Source: an uncultured Acidobacteriota bacterium (lineage in GTDB: Bacteria; Acidobacteriota; UBA6911). Taken from it: 64,000 bases of DNA. Below the pieces are notes generated by a model that saw nothing but the letters and a program-made list of their open reading frames with translations, was not told where the DNA came from and did not search any database. How positions within the stretch are numbered: the first letter of the stretch is position 1; each line of letters begins with the position of its first letter. The stretch spans positions 64,001 through 128,000 of the forward strand of contig CAWJKZ010000019.1 in the NCBI GenBank assembly GCA_963843575.1, given 5' to 3'. The translations under genes were made by a program, and so were the position numbers. Below, piece after piece: positions 56,384 to 64,000 of the stretch.

Positions 56384-58651
56384 TCAGGAGCGGCGGAGGG
56401 GGCGGCGGGCGCGCCGTCTGGGGCCCGATTTCTCCAGGGCTTCCAGAAGCCGCTCCTTTTCTGGCCCGTGCAGGTCCTTGTCGAACTGGCGCAGGGCCAT
56501 CGAGACGACGTCGCGGTGGTGGAAGTCGACATCGGGGTACTGCTCCACGATGTCGAGCCAGATCTTGTGCGTCAACTCGATGTCCTCGGGGGTCAGGCGC
56601 GGCGCGTGCGCCCCGATCTGGAACCGGTGCGGATTCCCCCGCTCCGGAACGATAACCAGCTCGAACTGGATCTTGTCGGGGTCGTCTACCGCCTCCCACG
56701 CTTCCCCTACCATCCGGGCCTGAGTGCTGATGGAGACCTTTTCCGATGCGCCGGAGTAGATCCGCGGGCAGCCCAGCCGCACCGCAACGTTCACCACGGC
56801 CGAAATCGGATTGTTCGAGGGGACGGCAAGCAGCTTCACCGGCTTGCCCATCTTCTCCGCGCGGCTCACCACATTGGTGAAAAGGAGTTGTTCGTAGTCC
56901 GTGAACAAGTGTTCTTCGAAGATCTCGCGGTAGGCGGCTCCGGCACCCTGGATGATCCGCGCGGTCATGACCACCGCGTCAGTATCAAGGGTGTCGGTCT
57001 CGCCCAGGGCGAGTTCGAGCTGCTGCAGGCTCTTGTAGTCCCGCACCGCCACCAGCACCGGCGAGGGGCGCACCTGGACGACCTCGGCGTTGATCGTCTC
57101 CTCGCGGATGAGGTGGAATTGCTCCAGGCCGGCCCGTCCGCTCTTCCTGCGCGCAAGCCGCTCGGAAACGGTGAACAGCAGCCAGAACGCCCCCGTGAAC
57201 ATCAGCCCGCTGACGGTCGCCACCTCTTTCGTGAACAAGTTCGTCACCGCCGTGATGATTAGAACCGTCAGGACGATCAGGATCCCAACCGGGAAATCGA
57301 CGCGCCCAAGCCGGAAGTTCAGGGGCACGCGCCACTCCCGCGGGCCGGGGCTCTTGAAACGCAGCACGAACATGGCAAGCGAGTTGAAGATAAAGCTCCA
57401 GATCACGCCGAAGGCATACGCTTCGCCGAGCAGGTGGATCTGGCCGCGGCTGGCCGCGATGGTCGCCAGCTGCAGGATCGCGATCATGTTGATGATCCGG
57501 TACGACGTGCCGAAACGCTCGTGCGGGCGCCGGAACCAGCCCGGCAGGACTCCGTCTTCCGAAACCCGGTTGAGCACGCCGTTGGATCCGATCATCGCCG
57601 TGTTGACCGCCCCGGAAAGGATCAGGAACCCGACGACGACGACGAAGATGTGAAAGGCGAGGCGCAGCAGGTGCGGGCCGACAACGTTCATCGCCAGACC
57701 GCCGATCATGTTGCCGAAAAAGTGCGGCCGCACCGAGTCGGGGATGATCATGACCCCGAAAAACGAGACCAGCGACGTGAACAGCAGGGTGTAGACGAGG
57801 ATCACCAGCGCCGCCCGCTTGAGGTTCTTGATCTTGGGATAGGCGATCTCGCGGTTGACCTGCGCCAGCGTCTCCTCACCGCTCATGGCGAGCACGGAGT
57901 GGCCGAACGCGATCATGATGCCGAGCAGCCCGATGCCTCGGACCCAGTCCTCCTTCAGCCAGCCGATCGCGTCGGGAGCGAAGTGCAGGTTCTGCGGCAC
58001 TGGGGCAGGAGGGAGGGGAGGACGGCGCAGCACGATCGTCAGCCCACACCACACGATCAGGACCACCACCATGACCGTGGTGATCTGCATGATGCGGAGG
58101 GCCTTGTCGCTCGTCTCGTGGATCCCCTTCAGGTTCTTGCGCCAGAAGTACAGCGTGACCCCAACGGCGATCAGGGCGGAGCCGAAGTCTTCGGGAATCG
58201 ACACGGCCCCGCCGGCGAACTCGATCAGTTCGTTGACCAGGCCGATCAGGTATTGCCCGGCCGACACGCTGCTGATCGGCCCTGTCAGGATGTAGTCGAA
58301 CATCAGGGCCGAAACGCTGATCTTGGCGAGCGGGTTCCCCAGCGCGGCCTTGACGACCCGGTAGACTCCGCCCCGCACAAACATCACGCACGCCTCGATG
58401 TAGACGGCGCGCACGGCGGAGGCGAACAACATCACGGCGAGAACGAACCACGGGGCTGCAGCGCCGATAGCGCGTTCGGCGATACCGCTCACGTAGAACG
58501 CGGAAGAGCCCAGGTCGCAGAGGACGATGGCCGCGGCACGCCAGAACGAAATGAACGTCAGCATCACCGACGTGGCGACCACCACCGGGATGCGTACCTT
58601 GGGACCTGTCGGGTTTGCGGGAGGCGACGTCGAAGGCGTTCTGGTTGACAT
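56384..58651 (-). CDS. APC superfamily permease, KimA/YdaO-like, with cytosolic C-terminal domain
   Basis: About 12 TM helices; DLGSSAFY, GGVY, DYILT, SGEETLAQ, AYAFGV; soluble alpha/beta tail. Confidence 0.85.
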   Translation of the reverse strand: MSTRTPSTSPPANPTGPKVRIPVVVATSVMLTFISFWRAAAIVLCDLGSSAFYVSGIAERAIGAAAPWFVLAVMLFASAVRAVYIEACVMFVRGGVYRVVKAALGNPLAKISVSALMFDYILTGPISSVSAGQYLIGLVNELIEFAGGAVSIPEDFGSALIAVGVTLYFWRKNLKGIHETSDKALRIMQITTVMVVVLIVWCGLTIVLRRPPLPPAPVPQNLHFAPDAIGWLKEDWVRGIGLLGIMIAFGHSVLAMSGEETLAQVNREIAYPKIKNLKRAALVILVYTLLFTSLVSFFGVMIIPDSVRPHFFGNMIGGLAMNVVGPHLLRLAFHIFVVVVGFLILSGAVNTAMIGSNGVLNRVSEDGVLPGWFRRPHERFGTSYRIINMIAILQLATIAASRGQIHLLGEAYAFGVIWSFIFNSLAMFVLRFKSPGPREWRVPLNFRLGRVDFPVGILIVLTVLIITAVTNLFTKEVATVSGLMFTGAFWLLFTVSERLARRKSGRAGLEQFHLIREETINAEVVQVRPSPVLVAVRDYKSLQQLELALGETDTLDTDAVVMTARIIQGAGAAYREIFEEHLFTDYEQLLFTNVVSRAEKMGKPVKLLAVPSNNPISAVVNVAVRLGCPRIYSGASEKVSISTQARMVGEAWEAVDDPDKIQFELVIVPERGNPHRFQIGAHAPRLTPEDIELTHKIWLDIVEQYPDVDFHHRDVVSMALRQFDKDLHGPEKERLLEALEKSGPRRRARRPLRRS

Positions 58652-58776
58652 ACCAAGAGCCCGATCGTGGCAATGCACGGGGCATCGCTTCGCGGATTAT
58701 ATCGGAGCCGGCGGAGCTTGACATGACAAATCGCCCCTCCTGGACAGCCCCCGACCCGGGTGCTGCTCTCTTTAGG

Positions 58777-59139
58777 ATGAAGGCGCGCTGTCTACTCGCA
58801 TTTATCATCTCGACCACTTTGATGCTTCCCTCGGGGCTCGCATTGCGCCTCGATCTGCTCGATCCTCACGATGCTTCTGCGCCGGGGTTTTCCGGGAGAA
58901 CCCATCGGGCTGACTGGGAGGCACTAGAAGGCCAGAGCGGTGACATCAGTTTCCTGGGGTGCTCCAGGTCGGACGGGAGTGATGGACATCCCGCGAGTTC
59001 CCAATTCCACTGCTCACACGCACCCAAGGACCCTTATCACGCTTCGTCGGTTCCCTTTGCCCAGTGCAACTCCCCGATAGCCCCGAGGCGCCTGGCAGCG
59101 AACATCACGGAATACCGCGCTCCCCCGCAAACCTGCTAA
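58777..59139 (+). CDS. Putative RAPP-motif arrest/leader peptide (signal peptide, His/Cys-containing)
   Basis: MKARCLLAFIISTTLMLPSGLA signal-like N-terminus, 6 His, ends YRAPPQTC*. Confidence 0.55.
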   Translation: MKARCLLAFIISTTLMLPSGLALRLDLLDPHDASAPGFSGRTHRADWEALEGQSGDISFLGCSRSDGSDGHPASSQFHCSHAPKDPYHASSVPFAQCNSPIAPRRLAANITEYRAPPQTC

Positions 59140-59396
59140 CCATCGTCTCCTTTCCGTCGCGCGTCGTGGCGTATCTCACACACTGCGTCTGCGCGCTTGC
59201 CGTGACACCCATTCTGAACAGCTCCCAAACCGAGATTTTCCCCTGGTGATTGCATCTGAGGGGAAAGGGTGATCTCGGGGGTGGGCCTGAAGGGGGAAAA
59301 CAATGACCGCCAATTGTGCTGGCCAACATCGAGGTTTCGTTCCGTCTCTATTGATTCGGGCGGGTTGTCCGGGCCGGGGAAAATCGGGAGAGCGCC

Positions 59397-59921
59397 ATGG
59401 CAATGAGCTTGGCTGGGAAGAAAAAGGGAGTTCAGTGCAGCATCAACATCACGCCGTACATCGATATCCTGCTCGTATTGCTCATCATATCCATGGTTGC
59501 GGCGCCACTGAAGCAGCATGAAGAGCAAGTCAGGGTTCCTCAGACCGCCGTATCCGAGCAGCAGAAGAAGATCGTGCAGGACACGCTGGTCGTCGACATC
59601 GACATCAACCACGCGATCCGTCTGAACCAGCGGGCGATCTCACTCGACTCGCTCGGACCTGCGCTGACACAGTTGTTTGCCCACCGGGAAAACAAAACCC
59701 TGTTGATCCGTGGTGACGGGAAGTTGGCCTATGGAGATGTATTCAAGATTCTGGACCCCGCCAAGCTGTCGGGCGCCGCGGACAGGTGCTTCTCGAGATG
59801 TCGACCGGAGATTCAGGCGGCGTCGCGGCCGGTACTGTCGCGCAGCTCCATCGGCCACCGGGTCCCGGCCGGCGGTAGCCAAGGCGATTGTTGGACGCAA
59901 AGACGAAATAGGGTAGCATAG
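59397..59921 (+). CDS. ExbD/TolR family protein, C-terminus degenerate (possible pseudogene)
   Basis: INITPYIDILLVLLII, IRGD..LAYGDVFKILD; similarity is lost after about 59780. Confidence 0.75.
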   Translation: MAMSLAGKKKGVQCSINITPYIDILLVLLIISMVAAPLKQHEEQVRVPQTAVSEQQKKIVQDTLVVDIDINHAIRLNQRAISLDSLGPALTQLFAHRENKTLLIRGDGKLAYGDVFKILDPAKLSGAADRCFSRCRPEIQAASRPVLSRSSIGHRVPAGGSQGDCWTQRRNRVA

Positions 59922-59958
59922 TCACCGGCGCAGAACTGCTTCCGTGGAGGGATGCCCG

Positions 59959-60381
59959 GTGAGTGCCGGCCCGGTCTCGACCGTCAGTCCCGAAGAGCAG
60001 AATCGCGATCCGGCGCTGCCGTCCAGCCCTCTTGCCAAATCACCTTTCCTGCTCCTCGTCCTGGCCAACGCACGATGGCTCTGGCCGCTCCTGGTGGTCT
60101 CGGTCGTGGTTGCCGCCGCCTGGTCGGACGTCCGCACCATCGACTATCACCAGGTCCGCAGGGCCCTGCGCGACCAGGGTTTGTGGTGGCTGATCCTGGC
60201 CGCCCTGGTCACCGTCGCCAACCTGGCGATCATGGGGCTCTACGACGTGATCTGCCTGCGGGGGACGAGAATTCGCGCCCGGGACCGGTGGTGGACGGGG
60301 ACGCTGGCGTTCGCCTGGAGCAACTTCCTCACCCTGGGTCCGCTTGCGGGGCCCGCGATTCGCTTCTGGCTCTACCGCTGA
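59959..60381 (+). pseudogene. N-terminal fragment of an MprF-like flippase/synthase membrane domain
   Basis: IDYHQVRRALR..LYD..AFAWSNFLTLGPLAGPAIRFWLYR, then a stop with no continuation. Confidence 0.65.
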
Positions 60382-60526
60382 GCTCATCCGCCCGACGTCG
60401 CCCGCCCATCGTCGACCTCGGGGCGCAAGAGTCCGTCCCGGGGCTGCCGAAAATCAAAACTTGCCACGGAAGACACTGAAGGACTCGGAAGGACTCGGCT
60501 GGCCCCGGTGTTACAATGTTGGGCTT

Positions 60527-62080
60527 ATGAGAGTGCCGGTCTATAACCCGACCGCGGTGGCGGTTGCGATTGCCGTGATCGTGCTCTCCACCGTGACCCT
60601 CAGCCTGGTCAGCTACCACTACACCGTCGGGCGCGAAAACCTGACCGAGACCTCGCTTGTCCAGACCAACATCAAACTCGCCAAGCAGACCGTCGACCGG
60701 ATCGAGCAGAAGATCATCGACAATGACCGGGTCCTGGCTGACATGGTCGACGTCAACGCGCCGGACAGCTGGCCGGCCACGGTCGATGCCATCCGCAAGG
60801 CCGACCTCAACGTCGAGCAGGTCTATTTCTTCCACCCCAGGAACAACTATCCGCTCTACCCCCAGTACTCCGACGCGATAAAGAACTCCTGGGGAGCCAT
60901 CCGGTCGGCCGTGCGCGAGCTGGATGCCGAACACCTGCAGCCCAACCAGACACACCACCTGCACAAGGAACGGCCGGACAACTACTTCTTCGCGTCTTAC
61001 GTCGTCAAGGAGAACGCACAGGGGGAGAAGTTCCTGATCTGCTTTCAGATGAATTTCGAGAAGATCGTCGCCCTGCTCGACGGCTACCTGCGCGACCTGC
61101 AGACCAACTTTTACGTCAGCATCGTCGACTTCGACAACGTCGGCGTCTACAACGAGCCGCGCAACCGTTCGGGGAAATATTTCTACGAGATGCGCTTCCC
61201 GAGCACGCTCTACAAGTGGATCCTGCAGATCGTGCCGCGCAATTACACGGAAATCGAGAGCAAGGTGAGCAACCAGCGCCGCACGAACCTCTTTTTCATC
61301 ATTCTGAGCACTTCGCTGATCTTCTTCAGCCTGGCTGTGATATATGTGGCCAGCCGGCGCGAGCGCCAGCTGCGGCAGCTGAAGGAGGATTTCATCGGGA
61401 ACGTCAGCCACGAGCTGAAGACGCCGCTGTCGCTGATCCGCATGTTCAGCGAGATCCTGACCACGGGGCGCGTCAAGACGGAAAAGACCAAGGAGGAGTA
61501 TTACGAGATCATCCACAACGAGAGCGACCGGATGACCCGCCTGATCAACAACCTGCTCGATTTCGCCAGCCTGGAGCGGGACGGCAAACGGCAGCACATT
61601 TGAAAGGACGAACATCGCGACAGCTGGTGGCCAAGGAGATCGGAGGCGTACCGCTACCGGATCCAGAAGGAGGGGTTCCAGGTCGCGTCCGGAAATCGAA
61701 CCCGATATCCCGGACACCTTCGCGGACCCCAACGCCATCACGATGGCCTTTTCGAACCTGCTCGACAACTCGGTGAAGTATTCCGGGGATCAGAAGAAAG
61801 ATCCTCGGTCCGCGTGCGCCGCAGCAACGGTTTCATGGATCTGGCAGTCCAGGACAGAGGGCTGGGCATACCCTCGGACGAGCAGCAGAAGATGTTCGAG
61901 AAGTTTTATCGCGGCAACAACGCCGTCGCCCGGAGGATCCGCGGCAGCGGCATCGGCCTCTCGATCACCAAGAACGTGGCGGAGATGCACGGCGGCGACG
62001 TGCTGGTCGAGAGCGAGCCCGGCAAGGGAAGCACGTTCACTCTCCGCATCCCGATCCGGCCGCCGGAGGCCGCGGCCTGA
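60527..62080 (+). CDS. Sensor histidine kinase (frameshifted between 61600 and 61810)
   Basis: Two TM helices, NVSHELKTPL, NLLDNSVKYS, DRGLG, FEKFYR, GSGIGL. Confidence 0.88.
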
Positions 62081-62137
62081 TTCCGCGGCTGCGGCCTCCC
62101 AACGGGGGTCACGCGCAACGCCGCCACGGAACCCGAC

Positions 62138-62824
62138 ATGCAGAAGATCCTGATCATCGAAGATGAGAACGAGATGGCCCGCGGGCTCAGGGATATTCTT
62201 GAATTCGAAGGATACGAGGTCCTTTCCGCCGAGAACGGGAAGGATGGGCTGGAATGCGCGTCCGCGGGCAGAGCCGGACTGCATCATTCTCGACCTGATG
62301 CTGCCCGATCTCAACGGCTATCAGGTGTGCGAGGAGATCCGCCGCCGAAATGCCCAAGCGCCCATCCTGATGCTGACGGCCAAGGCCCAGGACTACGACA
62401 AGATCCGCGGGTTTTGAGGTGGGCGCCGACGATTACCTGACCAAGCCGTTCAGCGTCGGCGAGTTGCTGGCCCGTGTGATGGCTCTGCTGCGCCGCAGCG
62501 TCCAGTACGCGCAGGAGATCGACGTCGTGCAGGGTCGGATCGAGCTCAGTGGACGTGAAGCACTTCAGGGTCCGACGCGGCAAGAAGGAGCACTCCCTCT
62601 CGCATTATGAGGTCGGAGATGCTGAAACTGCTCTATGCAAATGCAGACCAGCCGGTGTCGCGCGATGAGATACTGGAGAAAGGTCTGGGGAACCGAGAAC
62701 TATCCCACCAACCGGACCGTGGACAACTTCATCGTCAAAGCTGCGCAAGAAGATCGAGGACGACTACAGGAACCCGCGACACATCTTGACCATCTACGGC
62801 GTAGGGTACAAGCTCAGCCCATGA
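62138..62824 (+). CDS. OmpR/PhoB family response regulator (several frameshifts)
   Basis: [53 protein letters not shown]. Confidence 0.88.
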
Positions 62825-64000
62825 ACTTCTTCGCCGACTCTCCTGCGGATGCTTGCCTTTCGGCCGGTGCCCTGCGCGCGGTGGCCGAAGGAAGCGCGCT
62901 GTCGGCGAGGATTGCTCTGTCTGTCGGCCGGATTCCTCGTGTTTGCCCTGGTCCGGAACTCGGTTTATGCGGTCTCCAGGAGCCATGCCCGGAGGGTCAG
63001 CCCGGTATCCTGCGATTCGCTTTTCCAGCTGAACCTCATCCAGGCGGTCGCTTTTTTTGTCCCTGGTTTACGTCCCTGCGATGATCGCCTGAGCAATTCC
63101 ATTGCCGGCGACGGGCTTGGTTTTTCCATCTCCGGCGAGGAATACCAGTCTCACATCTCCGCTCTTTTTCCCCTGTGGGGAGGCTGTTTCTGCTGGCGGC
63201 CCCGCTTCAGTGGCTCATGCCGCAGTTCCTCGTGCTTGCCGGCGGATTCTTCGGAATCAGCATCGGCCTGCTCATCCTGATCGTGCTGCTGGCGGTCTAT
63301 TCGATCTGGGCCATCAGGGAGCTGAACTATCTCTCCGCGGCGGCGGCCCTGGCCGTTTTGTGCTTTCGTGGCTCACTCTGCCCGTATTTTACCTGCTGTC
63401 GTTCTTCCTGTTTGCCCTGCCGCTGTTCATCATGATCCCGCTGGTTTATCTCGCTGTTTCAGCGCTGGCGTGGCCTGACTCCAGGCCGGGCGTCAGGAGA
63501 AAGCGATTTCCAGCAGCACCTGCAAGCGCTGACGGCCAATCCGCAGGACGCGGACGCTCATCACCAGCTGGGATCCTGCACGCCTTAAGCGGGGAAACCT
63601 GGAGAGCCGCCGGAGCTACTTCGGAGCAGCGCCAGCAAGATCGATCCCGGGAGATCCGGACTACCATTACCAGCTCGGCCGTGTCCTGGAAGCTCGGGCG
63701 ATTGGCCGCAGGCGCTCGAACAGTACGAGGAAACCTACCGCTGAACCCCGACTACGGCCTGGGGGACATTTTCCGCGAGGTCGGCAAGGCATATCTGCAC
63801 ACCGGGAAGGCCGGAAAGGCAATCGAGTTTCTCGTTTTTCCTCGAACAGCGCGCGTCGGACCCGGAAGGGCAGGTACTGGCTGGCGGTGGCGCTGCAAGA
63901 TAGCCGGCGCGACCCGAGGAAATGAGGGTCCAGCTGCCACCCTCCTGGAGCAGGCCCGCTCCAATCCCAGGTTCTTCCGCAGGGAAAACCGCGAGTGGAT
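62821..64000 (+). CDS. Multi-TM protein with C-terminal TPR repeats (heavily frameshifted, runs off window)
   Basis: ATG overlaps the regulator stop; hydrophobic fragments, then [22 protein letters not shown] and [11 protein letters not shown]-like pieces in changing frames. Confidence 0.6.

Noticed and set aside
58652-58780. c-di-AMP (ydaO) riboswitch upstream of the KimA-like gene
   Set aside because: A TATAAT lies only about 55 nt upstream of the start, leaving too short a leader, and I see no ydaO consensus.
1-64000. Numerous long antisense and alternate-frame ORFs rich in Arg/Pro/Gly/Ala
   Set aside because: These are shadow ORFs expected in high-GC DNA; they lack motifs and overlap well-supported genes.

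Overview
This is a high-GC bacterial chromosomal segment. Gene content and repeat types resemble Acidobacteriota, which is an inference. It is mostly core and housekeeping genes, with no rRNA, tRNA, CRISPR array, prophage or intact transposase that I could recognise. In order: lysC-dapB-dapA-dapD plus DUF1015; pruA; two M28 peptidases; ferredoxin-YgfZ-like; a GlcG/PfkB/PIG-L cluster; a sigma54 two-component system driving degP; addB/addA; a divergent RlmN-like enzyme; sodC; glgP; nupC; a ClpX-like ATPase; ldcA divergent from spmAB; a membrane pyrophosphatase; a sugar ABC transporter; mscL; a HerA-like ATPase; a KimA-like permease; and a terminal OmpR-type two-component system. Many genes are broken by small indels that cluster in patches and probably reflect assembly error. 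The most interesting signals are: (1) an unannotated secreted His/Cys-containing ORF ending in RAPP, a candidate ribosome-arrest leader peptide, followed by alternative hairpins and an orphan exbD; (2) a nested mini-element with 19-bp terminal inverted repeats inserted into the loop of one REP family and carrying a second REP family; (3) spmAB paired with an LD-carboxypeptidase, a possible muropeptide-recycling module; (4) a complete sigma54 promoter and enhancer architecture for degP; (5) atypical paralogs of ClpX, RlmN and MscL. All product calls come from motif recognition by eye; no database searches were run.
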